Positions 40,041 to 54,009 of a stretch of DNA of 64,000 nt are shown piece by piece (position 1 is the stretch's first letter; every line of letters starts with the position of its first letter). The notes beneath the pieces were generated by a model. The model was not told the DNA's origin, ran no database searches, and saw only the letters and a list, made by a program, of their open reading frames with translations. This DNA comes from Raillietiella orientalis (lineage: Eukaryota): positions 6,572,001-6,636,000 of the forward strand of contig JAYWIR010000004.1 in the NCBI GenBank assembly GCA_036172245.1, given 5' to 3'. A program made the translations under genes and the position numbers.

Positions 40041-41111
40041 CCCGGGATCAAGACCGGGATCGGCTGGACTGGACCTCCCTCCTTCCACGGGCTCTCTCTG
40101 CTTGCCTGGTAGCCCGGCGGAAGTTTTCTCTGTTCCAGCAGAGCGACATATCATCCCGTTCTTGGGTCGCTCCCTTCTCGTGCGTGAACATTCGTTGCCA
40201 AGGCAACCGGGAGAGATCGTAGGATGCTGAATCGAGCACGCTGCTCATGAAGAGCTCTTCAACTAATCAACTGCCAACACATACGACGGGAAGAGCCCCT
40301 CCCGGTGTGCGCGGACGGAGGAGGGAGACGGATGGACCAGGAGGAAGGGTGAGGGAAGCGTCTTGCCCGCTCTTCGCTTCTACCTCCCTTAAGAGGATCC
40401 CGCTCCGCAAGGCTGGGCCAGGAGCGTCCGACAAGCCCAAGCCGCAGCGCACCACGCGCCTTCGACGCGAGTCACGGGGAGCGGGGACCTCCCAGCAAAG
40501 GGCACGCTGTTGTGAAACCGGGTCGAAAAGCTTCCGGGAACGCTCCCCATCTCCCAGACAGATAGCAGCGGTCGAATTCGGAACAGCATTGTCAAGGAGA
40601 GGGTGGCAGGTCTCCTAAATTTCAGGTGACTCGCCACGAAGGAGGAGAGGAGAAGGGGGGAGCAAGAAAGCAGAAGGGGGAGTTCCTTGTCCGTGTCTGT
40701 CGCAACCATCCTGCCCTCCTAGTACGAAGGCGGAATGCATCGATGCTGTGTCAGCACGCGTGTCAGCACTGTGCACGTCATCGGTGTCGGCTCTGGGAGG
40801 CCATTTTTCATTCGAAGCTACAACGAGGAAATGCGCCTTCGCGTGATCGAATTCATTACTCGGCGATCTGCAGCAATCATCATACGTGCGAAGTGCTCAC
40901 GGAGGCCGATAAGCTTTCGCGTAATTGAACTCACATGTGACTGTCTTTTTCGAAACGAAGCAGACAGGGATGCGTAGGTTTTGGTGCCCAGGGTGACGCA
41001 TGAGCAGAAATAAGCATCGATGGCAATTACGGTTTTACTTATTTAAGTACAGATAGTTGACAGCAGTTCTCAAGTTGAGTGGTAACCGAAAAAATCATTA
41101 TACTACATTAA

Positions 41112-41577
41112 CCCTTTGAATGCGGAGCTCATCGGATTTAAACGTCCTGTGATGACAGGTCCTAGTTGAGATCTCTGTGGACGGAATGATCTTTTCCGTA
41201 CCGCGTACTCTATCGAGGTACCGACTGACTATATAAAGTGGTGGTTAAAGTTGCGATCATAATTGTTTATTTACACCACTGTTTGTTATTTATTTACACA
41301 TGTATTTATTGTTCATTCATTACATTCATCTTATTTACACAGAGAAGTGACTTTCTGGAAAACCGAGAGCAGTTAGCCCATATAAATAAAACTTTGTTTC
41401 TTGTCGTTGCTAAGGTTGGTAACTATAAGAACGTAAGTGCAGCATCGATCTCAAATATCAAGTGTCAACTTATGTCACCTGTATGAGATAAAAAAATTTG
41501 CCAGACGCATATATAAGTCCACAGTCCACGCCAATAATTTTCGTCGTTCGCTATATGAGTCCGTAGCACTCAAAGGG
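41112..41577. mobile_element. Non-autonomous piggyBac-type MITE (466 bp)
   Basis: TTAA flanks both ends (41108-41111 and 41578-41581). The terminal inverted repeats are CCCTTTGAATGC / CCCTTTGAGTGC (11/12 match), with a subterminal GGA(G)CTCAT on each side. The interior is AT-rich with no transposase ORF. Confidence 0.75.
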
Positions 41578-41949
41578 TTAATAGTAAAGTACAATAGCAG
41601 TTTTGTATTATGAAATGAAACAACGTTTCCTGCATCCCATGGTAGCCAACAATGAGTAAGCAGGGCAACCAGAAGCACAGCGACATGCGTGCTCGGAGAC
41701 GGCTCAGCCTGAGTCGTGTCACTGAGCGTTTCCCTTGCCACGCGTGTTACCCCAAGTCATTCGAGGCGCGGTTTTTCCTACGAATCCCGCATATCACATG
41801 TGAAAAAAAAACAAAGAGAGAGACAGAGAAGTCGAAAGATAGAAGGAAAGGAAGGAGAAAAGGAAGCAGACGGCAAGCACAAAAGGACGTAACGCTACGT
41901 AGCAGCAGAGCGTCGCATGCGCACTAGCGGTACCGCCGCCGATCGGCTG

Positions 41950-43050
41950 GGAATGCGCCCCGCTTCTGTCCACGCGTCCAGCTGGAAGAGGAGCGTGCGG
42001 GCCCGCGCGCGTGCGCCCTGTTCGCAGCCCGCGGAAGATCCGCTCGTTCTCCTCTCCGGGCTGCACCTGTGGACACGGGTGCAGTGCTGGTGCGGCAGGG
42101 CGTTCAGCTCCGTTGATACTGAAACCTTGTCGCGTGCACCTCCTGTTAGTCACCGCAGCCTGGGGGCTGTGGGGGACCCTCGCCGTGCCCGATGGTGCCG
42201 CTGATGCGGACGTGCTCGACGACCTCCCGTTCAGGAGGGTCCTGCGCCCACGGGTCAAGAAGCTTGGGGGCCGCTCCCGAGTGCCGCTCTGAGGGCTCCC
42301 GCCGCCTCCAAAGTGACGGGAAAGAGCGGGCAGGTGAGCGGAGATCGGTTTCTTGCTCCCAGCCTTTGTCTTGACGACGAGCGTGGCAGCGATCGCTCAC
42401 GCTCATGCCGCGCGCTTTCTTTTCCCCTCCTCTTCCAGTAGCCAGCGGAGTTCGACAGCGTCAGGGTGGGTGGGTCGGTGGGAGCGCGCCGGAGTAGATT
42501 GGAGGAGGAGGAGGAAGAAAGGAGGGGGGGAGAAGAACATCATGCGGTCCGATCCTCGTTCCTACTAAAAGTCTCTCTTGGTCCCATGGAGGCTCGCGTT
42601 GCCATCGCAACCGAACGGGGGTGGATGGGAAGGAGGGAAGGAGAAGATTCCTGCCACCCCCTCTAGACAGATTCTCTGGGGGCAGCTAGCCTCCTGTCCC
42701 GTGGTCTCCGTCGGGAAAAGGGAAGGTGGCGGCGGACGGGAAGGGCGAGCAGAAGACTCCAGGCGGAGAAGAGCCTCGGGCAAGGCCAGCGGCCCCCCTA
42801 GTCCGCAGTTGGAGAGGGGTCCCGTGAGCCAGGTGTCGGCTGGGGGAAAGGCGGTCTCAGGAAGGGTTACCTGCCTTCCGGCTAGGCGCGCTCGCAGGGG
42901 GCACCCCACCCCTCGCCAACTCGGACGCCCTCCGATGCGCACAGGAGCGCGCCCTTGCTTCCATTTCCCGGACGCGCATGGGTGCGGTACCTTGGCGACT
43001 TTCTCAGACGGCTTCAGGAGACCGGGTCTCAGGATTTCTCCCGGCCTCCT
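41950..43050 (-). mobile_element. Decayed Gypsy RT fragment
   Basis: In order: EILRPGLLKPSE, GIFSF..PPFGCDGNA (cf. GLFEF..MPFGLxNA), PHDVLL (YxDD site at the expected distance) and QGFSINGAERPA. Confidence 0.55.
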
Positions 43051-43249
43051 CACTATTCCCGGCTTACCTCCCTCCCTTTCCCGCTCTGCGAAGAGCCCCG
43101 TCCGGGAGGCGCCAAAGAGTCACGCGATCTGCCCCGTAGGCGATGGGTGACCACTGACCGTTCCCCCTACTCGGGACCGAAAACGGGTGTCGCTCGCGGC
43201 TTCCGCTCCTGATGTCGCACCCTGCCTGGGGGGAAATGCCGTCAGCCGC

Positions 43250-46200
43250 CCTCGGGGCGAGAACGGGAAGGGGATGACGAGAGCAGGAGGGTCATCGGTG
43301 GTGACCCTTCACCATCCCAGAGGCTGCGCCTCCCGGACCCGAGGAGGGCGGAGAAGCTGGCGGTCTGCACCCTCTCAGAGCCTTCCCGCTACGTTCTCCC
43401 TTTCTAGAGGGAGCGGCGGGGCGCTCGTGGGCGACGGACCGGTGGGTTCCTTGGCCGGCCCAAACCCCGGTTTCAGGAGATGGGTGGGTGTAGCATCCTC
43501 TCCCTCCTCCGATTCGGGCGAGGCGGAGGCGGGGATCTTTCGCCGCCCTTCCGTTGAGGAAGGCGGCAGCTGTGGTCTCGGGTGGGCGGCGAAAAGGCAC
43601 GGGAGGACTTCCGGAAGTGCGTGGCGGGGCGACACGCGGCGGGTGGGCCCACGCTCAGCCGCCGCCGCGGACTCTGCCAAAGGTCGCAAGGGGGCGTCTC
43701 AGCTTATCGTGCCCGGCGGCGGCGGTGGCGGCTGACCGCGTGGAGCCCTTGGAAGCGCCACCTCCGCCGCAGGCGACAGCGCTCCTCCTTCCTGGCTTCC
43801 CTAGGTCCTTTCTACCCCCCTCTTTCTCCTTGACGGACCTGCAGGGTCACTGGTCTCCCGAGCCCGCAGAGTGAGGTCGGCACAAGCGGCGGGAAGAAGA
43901 CTCCACCATCCTGGAGGAGGGCGGGACGCGGAGCAACGCCTCCGGTAGCCGGCGAGTGGGTGATTGGGAGGCGCCGCCTCGGAAGCTCCCCGACTCGGAT
44001 CCTACGCTCGGGGCGCCTGCGTGATCTCCTGGGCCGGGAGGGCGTGCAGGAGGGACCCGCCGAGCATGCTGCGACCTCTCGCCTCGGTCGCCTGAGACGG
44101 CGGGAGCGATCCAGGACATGTTTCCCCTCTCGAAGGAAGGGGAGGAGGAAGTGTCACCGAGGGCATCGCTTCGAACGGCCGCGCTCGCATCGTCGCGCTG
44201 GACCGCTGCGCGGTCCGCCGACGAGGCGGCAGCGGCGGCGAGACGCGGGGCAGGGACGCCCGCGAGAGAACCGACGGGAAGCATCGTGATCGCCGCTCAT
44301 GCGGGCAGTCGCTCGCTCTCCTTTCGGGCCATGCCCCTTCGCGCCTCACCTCTGCCTCCTCGGCGCGCGCGCGTGAAAGAGAAAAGGACAGGACTGCGCT
44401 GAGCTTCCCTCCTCCTCCTTTTCCTTCTAGGCGCGGTTCTTCGGGGCGGCGCGCCTGCGCCGAGCCGAGCAGGAAGGGGTGGGCGCGACCGATGGAGCCC
44501 CAGCGTTCCTCTTTGGTGGACCCCCTCCTTTGGGGCAAGGATCGCGCGCGCGTGGCTCCAGAACAATCCGCTGCCCTTGCGGAGATGGGCACCCAATTCC
44601 TCCTCCCTCCTCATTTTTCCCACCGCAGGTCTGCCGGGGTTCTCGGCAGCGCCTACGATTTGGAAATCGAAAGCACTGGCGATCCAGGCTGCTCGATGCG
44701 CCTGCCAATGTAGCACGCCGGCGCGACGGAGGCTCCTCAGAAACGCTCCACCAGAGACACCTGCCGGAAATGGACTGTGCGAGAAACTTGACACCGATGC
44801 CATCCCTCCAAGGGAACCCGCGTGATCCACGGGTAAATACGGTATCTAGGCCAACGGAGCAGGACGAAAGGGCCGAAGAGCCCAGCGCTGCACGACAACG
44901 GTTCTCTGCTCTGCATGGGAAACCCAGAAAAGGCAGAAGAATCAGTCGACGCCTCGGTTCTGGAGCCGAACCTTCTCCAGGGCGTGTCGCGCGTCCCGCG
45001 GAGACCCGAGTCTCTCTCTCTCCTGAGACTGTCACTCGCGGGAGGGATGCTGTAGACCCGGTAACGGATTCGGGGGGAGGGCGTTCGGGCAGCGGGAAGA
45101 CAGGCGTCTTCCGGAGGGTTAGGGTGGACCGGGATCACGGCTGGGAACGAAGCTTTGAGCAGAGCAAGGGGGAAAAAAACCGCCCTGGGCTCCACGCACG
45201 GTCCAGACCAGAAGAAGAATGGTTTCCTCCCACCCACCCCCACCGGAAACGTGCCCGGAGCTGGGAAGGTCACGTCCCGCGCCATCAGACGGGGGCCGTG
45301 CTCGGAGCACTTTCTGTCCGGCGATGAACACTCAGCACCCCCCGACTGCAGGAGGCACGGGTCAGCTGACCACCACCCGTATGAGCAACGCTTACCGGGG
45401 AGGGAAGGCGCCGATCACACACGCGGGAAGTCCTCAGCGTGACAGCGGCACCCTGGTCACGTCCTCGGCCATCTCGGCTTCCGGAACGCACCATCATCGA
45501 GAGGCGCGGCGGTCCAGATCGAAGGGACTCTCCGAGGGGCGTGATCTCCTCCCCATCGACCAGTCAACCTGGAGCAGCTCCTACGGATGGGAGAACCGGG
45601 AGGGATTGCTGTCGCCGTCGGCTTCGGTGCTTCCGGATGACGGGAAGGCAGTGGCAGGGGAGATCGCCAGCCCCTCGTAGCCCCTCCACCGGGGCACTGG
45701 AGGGGGCGAGGTTCAGCAGCAACCGCATCCGTGTAGAGCGATCGTCACAGCATCTTTAGGGTAATCGTATTCGGCGAACCGCCAAGCCGTATGGGAGGGA
45801 GGCGATCCCTAGGAGACGGGGAGGAGCACCTCCGGACGGGTCTACTGGAATATCCCTTCAGCGACGAATTGGCGAGAGAGGCCTGCTGAAAAAAATTCCT
45901 GCTGCTCCCTCGCGGAAGAGCAAAGGGAAGAGAGAAAAGAGCGAAAGAGCAAGGCGTTTCTCCGTCTCGCTTGCGTCACAAAAGTGCGCCTTTCGTCCCG
46001 GGGGAGCACTCGTTTCGAGAGGTTTCAGCCATCCTGAGAGGTGCAGACTGCCTGCTCCCCGAGGAGGTGAGTCGAACGAATGGGATGGTGGAAGGGGGGG
46101 GGGGGGGATGATTTCTGAAGTTGGCTCTTTTTAACAGGACGTTCAGGATCACAATCGGGAATCTTCCGCCGTGAATAAGCAAAGGAGCAAAGTGGATCCA
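43250..46200 (-). mobile_element. Decayed Gypsy pol (protease end-RT-RNase H-integrase)
   Basis: In order: EGIF..WRFAEYDYPKDAVT (cf. WRFCVDYRxLNAVT), APLDD (PLDD at 45504-45493), KPFFFWSGPC..LLKASF..VHPNP, RAENRC, HRAAWIASAFDFQI, RHALPEVL and YTHP. Confidence 0.72.
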
Positions 46201-47849
46201 CCCTGCATCTGCAGTGTCAGCTGCGGGCTCCAGGATTAAGGTTTGATGTTGAACGTGCCTAGATTGCCCCGCGTTCAGACACCAAAACGCTCGGAGCGAG
46301 GGGTGAGATGTCGGAACGAACGCTCCTCGAGATGGGAGCTAGTGCTGTTCCAGCCTAAAGAGGAACCGTCATGTCTTCTTGATCCGCAGGCAGCGCAGCC
46401 GCCTGTGGTCATGAGCAACGCGTCAGTGGGAGATCATCCGTCCGAGTGGCAGAGGAGGCGACTTCCATGCAGGAATCCGAGGCCGTCGAGAGAACCCCTG
46501 GGTGGGGAACGGAAAAGTTCAACTCGCATGCTTATTCGGAATTTGGGGAGGTTGGGGTTTCCTATTTCCAGCTTCATTCGGAATGGGGAAGCGGCGAAGA
46601 TGGTGGCTTCCCAGACAGCGGGCTGCCTGCCCCGCGCGTCGATCCACGTGACTGCAGGATTTTACATTCGTCTGCATCGTAAGATTTTTTGGTCGATTCA
46701 ACTTGCTAGTGTTTTGCGCCCCCCTCTCCCATCCGTCCGTGTTGGACCAGATCCATCCAAAAGCGACATGGGTAGGTGCTTCGAGATACTAGTCTTTTCA
46801 CGGTTTCCCAGGCAACACATCCAGAAACGAACGCGTTTTTTTTCCAGGAGATTCCAAGGGGAAAGGAGGGGGGGGGGGGAAGGAACAAAATGCGTGGAAC
46901 ACGGAAACTATCTCGAGGTATTTCCAAAGGAAGCGCAATATCTTAAAGGCGGGTTGCCAGCTGATACAGTTCTTCGCGTGACAAGGTTACTCGAGATGCT
47001 TCTGCGTTCTTGCAACCCGTTTCCTGTTTTCTTCTGCTTTCGTTGGGACGGCGCATTCGCAGTATCCGCCTTTGTGGGTAGTTGACGTCGCTCAGTTGAC
47101 CGAGAGGTTCGAGATATTTCATTGCTTCTGTGTGTCTTAGTATGGTGAAGCTGTACCTCGCGAGACAAAATGAGGACTGCTAAGCAACGTGACAAGCAAA
47201 GCGTACAGCTGTGTAATGATCCACCCCGTCGCTCCCATTTGCACTTTTAGCCTTCGTCTCAAAATCGGATTCTTTCAGCGAAGAAAGCTGCCTGCTCTGA
47301 AAGTGGACGACCTCTGAACGAAGCGTCGCTCAAACAGTGGAGAGCCCGAAGTGCCACCGCTTGAATTAGGGCGACAATTAGGTGGAATGAGTTTCCCATA
47401 GAACTCGAGCACGGACTTCGATGTGCTTCGAAACCCCACATTTCATCGCCGTATTTTCGCTCGTACCGAAGGCGCGCTTCCGTTTCTTAGCTGCGTCTTT
47501 TTGCACCGAGCAGTTTGGAAGAAATTTTTATGGTTTCTTCCTGTTCTCGCATTCTTCGCTGTTATTCGATGTGTTTCACTGGTAATTGTAAAACTTTTAT
47601 GTTCTTTTGGATAGCTCCAGATAGCTCTTCGTCGGATACCTCAAGGCAAAAAGCAGTTGTTTTTGCTTTTCTGTTTTTTGCTGTGCCTTTTACTTTATTC
47701 CAAAAATAAGTACAGATAACGATAATTGTTTTTTTTTTTGTATGTGTGTGTGTGTGGTGTTTTAACCTTCGATTCATATACACATTTATGCGCTCGCTGG
47801 ATACATAGAATCCATTCTTTATTTGACGAAACGAAAACGCAATAGATTA

Positions 47850-49250
47850 GCACTCATTTAAATAGTAATTATGGGAAAAAAAGCAATTTCTTCATTTGAA
47901 CTTTTCGTGCCTCTAACCGAGGTTGGGAGACTGAAGATTCGATGGGCACTTACTGATTTCATTTCTTTTCTTGCTTTCCAACGCTGTCAGCTATCTGATA
48001 TTGGAGTCCGAGGGCGAATTTGGAAAAGAATCCATAACATCATTATCTTTCATCGGAAGAGGGTAATTTGGGAACATCTAACTGGAAGAAAACAGTTCTT
48101 TGAGGTTTTCAGACGCGATTTCATTTGACAAAGACAGCAATTTTCCCATCAGTTTTCATTTTGAGAACCAACAGGGGGGATTAAATCAAAGTTTAACCGA
48201 AAGAAAAAAAAAGAACTGAAAAGCCCATCCTGAGTGGTGAAACATCCACCAAATGGGCAAGCGCACTTGGAGCCATCCATCGCTTCTTTACGATTTCTTA
48301 TTTCTCAAAGTTCCTCAGCACGAAAACCCGCGTCTGCTTGAGTAAAAGACTGGTATAGCGTGTAATTCATTATACCGTACGTACATGCATTTCTCCAGCC
48401 AATGTATTTTTCGAAATCTCAGTCCAGAGCTCCATAAACACTAACGTGTGCTTCACTTTCGAATCATTCCGTGTGAGCACCATACATGTGGTTTCTTGCT
48501 GTTTCAAGTGGAGCAAATATAAATGTGTCTGCTGAGCATTTCCTGCACTGCAGTAACACGATCGATTTCACTAGTATGAAGCAACCGGTCCTTTTTCGAC
48601 AAATCTATGGTGCACAGGAAATTTGGAGATGGAAATCATAAACTGATCCAGAAAAACCACCCTTGGTTTCCTATTGCCATGCGTAAATGCTATGCCACTT
48701 CAAGTGAGTTTTATGGATTTCACGACACTTCTGATGGTTCTGTTTCGATCGTCGACCATCATAGCATCGCCCTTATATTAAGGCATTGAATTTTCATCTA
48801 TTTTTAAAAATTTCTCGACGGATCGTGCATGAAATGCCAGTTTATAGATAAGAAGTCTAGTCAGTAACGGTGTGCACACCGGATAAGCTCGTTTCCCTCC
48901 CAAATGGTATCAGATGAACATAATCCAGGTTTCAGAAGCAAGAGCATTTGTGCCTTCTCTTGAACATCCTATGGAGGTGTGAAAGCACCCACCCGGGAAC
49001 ATCATCTGAGAATCCGACTTGCGCGTGCATCATCCTCACGCAACTACTGATGCACTCACGGTGCGGTCACTAAAGCGTGGAAGATGGACCAGTTTCAAAG
49101 TCATAAATATTTCAATGAAAATGACGTGCACCCAATCCGAACCTCGACGGTTTCCACGAGTGTTTCAAATTTGCTTTCATTGTGCTTCAACTCGAACGCT
49201 GTTAAATTTTATTTACGTCCAGAAACTCCTGGATGATTTCATGCTCTCCA
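47850..49250 (+). mobile_element. Decayed Gypsy RNase H-integrase
   Basis: In order: GRLKIRWALTDF (cf. GRLARWAL), FKWSK..ISC, GPFS and HHPHATTDALTVRS. Confidence 0.45.
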
Positions 49251-50749
49251 TTCCGCTAATTGACAGCGTGGATTCATTGTAACGGTTAATATGTTGTAAC
49301 TTAGAAATGCCTTTTTATTTTAAAAACCATAAGGAAAATGTAAAAATACTAATAGTCCTAATAATAATAATGTTCCCGAGAAAACCTGGGAGGAAGGAGG
49401 ATGAGTAAACGATGAGGAAGATTTAGTGAATGCTGTAAATAGTGTGCATCACATATTGATCTCTGATTTTTTTTTTTTTTAAATGTTATCATTCAAGAAG
49501 TGCCTTTGAAATTTACTGCGCTTCCTCATCACTGTGAAACAAGAGCAACTAAGAAGATCTTGGGCATCATTGCATCTAGCTTCCGTGGCTGACTCCATCA
49601 TACGAAGATTTTGCAATCAACCCCTTTGGATGAAATGAGTTACAGAGTTCTCAGAGAAATGAGAAAGCAGCGGGAGAACTGCCTCGGTTTGTTTTCATCC
49701 CGCACTCAGAATGCTTTTCATGCTTTTTATCGTCAAGTGCATTGTAAAGCTGCATTTGCAGAGACAGAGGTGGAAAAGCGGCTCTTCAACACACATTTCT
49801 TCACAATCTCGCGCTCTTGATTCTTCGAAACAGTATGTGACCATGCGTAATCGATGGACATGATTGATGATTCTTTGCATACGACTTTCCTTTATTAGAA
49901 TACAAACATTCCATCACCGTACCTAACTGTCAATATTTTTCGCCGAGGCTAAGGAGAAGTAATGTATTTCGAAAAATCCCGAGACACCCCAGTGGACAGA
50001 AAGCAATCGGAAGTGCTATCTGGAGAAAAAAGGCTTTGAAAAATTCCTAGCCTCTATCCCTGAATGTACGGGGGATATAAGATTACACAGCAAGTTTGCG
50101 GATGTCAGGAACGAGTAGACGTCTAAAAATGTCAGTCTGCTGACGGTTTCTAAATGCAGGACCAATTTATAGAACGAAGCAATTTTTCAACAAGCAGGAT
50201 GCTTTCTAACACGAGATTCCATTATTCAACTGATTTTGCTATTTAATGGTCTCTCCCTACGGTCTATAATTGCTCATTATAAAGCGAAGAAGCTCATTAT
50301 AAGTTGTTTCCTTAATTGGCAATTAAGAAAGCAGAATTTGCTTCATGTGCTTTGTAAAGCGAGATGCTTTAGACGTCATTACAGAATAAAGTGATTCCAG
50401 TGGTTTTTTTTGTTGTTGTCTTTGTAGTCTGCTTGGACAAGACCCTTTCTCCAGAAAGATTATAGGAATATTATCTTGAAAACTGGTCGCTCAAAACTGA
50501 GAGCATTTCCCCGGAACAGGAACCTCTCAGTGTGAGGATCCAGTCCAGAGTATCATGGCACTAGTCTGATGTCCCAAGCCTCCTCTTGCTATATGCATAT
50601 TGTACACATGAACATAGACTGAAAGGATTCCAAGTATGCATGTATGCACACAGGAAACTTAAATTTTCTTCGAAGACAGGCTCCCAGAGCTACCTTCTCG
50701 GAGGATTGGTGATTAGAGGTGTGGTGGAGAAGACGTAAATTTTGCACTT

Positions 50750-51400
50750 GACTTCGAGGAACGCAATAAAGGAAACTTCTTTCCAGGGAACGAAGATTCT
50801 CATCTTTTGCCTCAGGAACCTACAGACTTATCACAAACTGTCCACGGAAAATGACCAAGGAAGCACGCACAGGTGTCTGCTTCGCACCTCTCCAGTTTCA
50901 TCCAGAAGGGGGTGATTTCTTCTTGAGTGGAAACTGAGACAGAAGACAGCTCAATGAAAATAGAAATGGGTATGCTGCAACAGAATGTTAGAAAGAATGC
51001 AAAATCTGGATAAGCAGAAACTCATGCAAATCAAAGATCGCTTTTTGTTTTTTTCATTGAGATTTTTGTTTAAAGCACTGTTATCACCGAATGCAGAAAT
51101 GATTTTGAGCGTGGGTTATGTTCTTCTGGATGCGGCGTTCCGAGTCCAATAATGTTTGATATTTAATTGAAGACATCTGGAAGAGGGAGTTGGAACCACA
51201 GTTTCTTAAAGGCGAGAGCAGCGAAGAACTATGCCACCAGAGCTGTTCTCTTATTTACAGTTGGAGGGGATCTTTGGGGATAATCCTAACCTAACCACCA
51301 TGCATATCAAGTGTTGATCCCATTGCTAGGCACAGTGACCGTTGCTTCCGGTACCAACATCTCTCGTCCTGAAATGCTTTGAAGCACTCACAGCAGGTCG
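50750..51400 (+). mobile_element. Possible decayed Gypsy RT fragment
   Basis: Weak but correctly spaced motifs: D/YHKL, RNGY, FLFKAL, YLIEDI and SLGII. Confidence 0.3.
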
Positions 51401-52579
51401 TGACAACTCTTACCACAGGAATCTGTAATTCATGATCAATCTGGAACGATGAGCTAAAAATAAATCTAACAAAAACCTTCGAGCAGGAACTAACAGACGC
51501 TGTCTTAGAGGTTTGAAAGTGCTGTCGCTTCCATTCCTTTTATTCTTCTTCTTTTTCACTCGCTGCCAACAGAACTCACATCTTCGCATAGATATTTCTT
51601 CTCATCGATTTCTGAAGAGAGTGGAAGAAACCAAAGGAAACTAAGAAAAAGGGAAGCTCGCAGCTCAAATAGTGTAGAAAGAGCAAACGGGAAAAGAATT
51701 GATTTCTGAAGGAAGAAAGCTGATTGTTCCAAAAAGGCTTTAGAAGATTATGTAGTAATAAATAAGAAGACAATTCTGTGGGAGGACTGTTGGTCATTCG
51801 AGAAACTAATCGCCCATTCATCTTGATCGTTTTCCGCATTGTCCGAGAAGACAAGAGATACAAGTGAACTTATTCAGTTTTGGGAACGGAGCCGAGCCGT
51901 TCTTTCTTAGTGACCTACTAGGAAATTTTTCCTCCAGCATGGAAATCCTACGATGGGAAAAACCTCAGAAGGGAACCCTTAACGGGAGCTGCGAATCCTT
52001 GGCGACTGCAGGCTGACTCTGATGTGATTGACCTATAGAAAAAGCCGAAGTTTATAACATTAAAATAGCAGAACTCACGTTTATGCGTTCACGGGGATAT
52101 TTGAGCCAATACGCAGTTCATTTGCAGAAGATATGAAGTCATTAATTCTGAGTGGTCGTGAGTCATCATTTGACTATGGCTAAATAATCGTTGACACAAT
52201 AACTGTTTAAAACCATAGGATGAAACAGGAAGCTTCTGTGATTATCAGGAAAAATGAAGAATGTGAGTGGGAACCATTTTCAGGAGATGTGGAGAAAGCT
52301 ATCCAAGTAGACACGATGAAAGCAACAATGTTTTCTTCGAGGTCAACTAATTCCACAGGGTCAGAGCTTTCTGGAGTGCGTAGGCATTACTATGATCAGT
52401 AGGAACAGATAGATGATAAGTGCAAACAGGAATGCAATGGAAGCAAGCCAATAACTACAAGTTCAGGAACCTCTGCAGGTCCATCTCAAAACTTTTCGAA
52501 AGATCTCCTCTAAGCCTATGGCAGCCACATCACATACCAGCCTACTTAGTGACTTTGAAAGGAAATGCGAATTCCTGTT

Positions 52580-53900
52580 GACACTACTCAAAAGGACATA
52601 CTCGTATGCTGGTAGTGGTTATTTGTGCCTTCGACTAGCAGCGGTTGCTTAGACCGGTGGTCGAACTGAGCTCCAGAAGAATAAGTGCCCTTAAAGGAAT
52701 GAAAAGGTGTGTGAAGCCAGGTCTGGAGTGAAGTGCAGGTGGAAGTAAATTTGCGAGCCAGTAAGCGAGTCACGATCTCGAAAGATACAGGGATTTATAA
52801 GATGCATCTTCTGAATCCATATATGTGAGCAGCGAAGCTCGTTGTCATTTGCGTGTGAAAATGTCACCGCTATCAAGAAGCAACTTGCGTTCATTTTCAT
52901 TTCGTGGAAATCCTCTTTGTATTTTGAAACGAAGAGTTCACATTGCCACCAGGGTGGGAGCTATTTTCATAGAAGATGAAATTCTTCTCCAGTTTCGCTG
53001 CATTTTTTGATCCTTTCAGGCTTAGGTGTCTTAATGGACAACTCAGAGAACAAGCCGAAAGGATGCTCGGGAAAGATGCTCTGAACGTAAAATTAGAAAG
53101 CTGAATCAGTCGCGAGCTCCATCTGAGTGCACCACTAACTTACCTGTTCACACACTGACTCAATACTTCGATGAAAGGACCACAAGATGAGAGATATTTT
53201 CAGTTTTCCAGAGACAGTACCTGTCAAACAGTCTCCTGATTGGTACTCATTCCGAAGGTTGTCAAAAGCGGTCAACATTCCTAGTGAGTCCTACATCATG
53301 CACCAGTTTTAAGGACAGGAGATGGGATGCGAAGTTTTGTGCTTCTCTAAGCAAACTCTGTATTCACTACGATATGGAGCAGGAACAACGAAAGCGACGT
53401 TCGAAGGCTTTGATCTTCTTGGATTTGAGTCTTTCACTTACGAAAAATGCCGAGCTTGTTGCTACGATCGCATCTGGGATCACTGATTTACTTGCATGCA
53501 TCCCTCGACTGTAGAAATTCTGGATGCTATGTTGCTCAAACCATTCTCTGGTGCAGCAGCTATTGAAGAGAATAAAACAACGAGGTCTGAGGGTGCTGCA
53601 TGCATGAAGGCTGTTTCGTCACACAGAAGATAATGCAGTGCCGAAAGTTTGTTCGTTCTTAAAGTCACGACCGAGCCTGAACGAGTTTTGGCTCGCGTCT
53701 ACGGATTGGGAACTTGGAGCTACAGAAAGAGAGTGATCCCGCGGGAAAGTAGCCGTACTTTAACTGGGTGCATTGCAAGCATCAATCCAGTGAAATTTCA
53801 AAGCTCCGTGGATGAAACTATGTCTCTCTTCAGCTCCAACGAATTGTTGCTTGTGTAAAGGACTGCTGTGTCTGTCACATATCTGCCGAATCTCCACATG
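52580..53900 (-). mobile_element. Decayed Gypsy RT-RNase H
   Basis: In order: HSSPL, ETAFMH..GLSNIAS (cf. KTAF..PFGLxNAP), IPDAIV, RLLARKFT..LQTWL and VEGTNN. Confidence 0.55.
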
Positions 53901-54009
53901 CGGTTTGCCTCTCTGGAGATGGATGTATCGGCGTTTCTACTTATCAGGATTCTGGAGCAACCAAGTGAGATTTGTCTTAACAGAGAATCACTTTATAGGG
54001 TAATTTTCC

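Noticed and set aside
45075..45105. Walker A-like GRSGSGKT in ORF 44479-45327 (+)
   Set aside because: It has no preceding hydrophobic strand and no Walker B, and it lies antisense to a well-supported Gypsy RT/RNase H linker. Probably chance.
30000..46500. Many long overlapping ORFs (up to 382 aa) as novel genes or an endogenous giant virus
   Set aside because: They occur in all six frames, are rich in Arg/Gly/Pro/Ser/Ala as expected from stop-codon scarcity at high GC, and show no splice-consistent host protein. The only recognisable signal is frameshifted Gypsy pol.
48580..48700. IS3EU-like transposase motif DGNHKLI
   Set aside because: A single short match embedded in an ordered Gypsy RNase H-integrase remnant.
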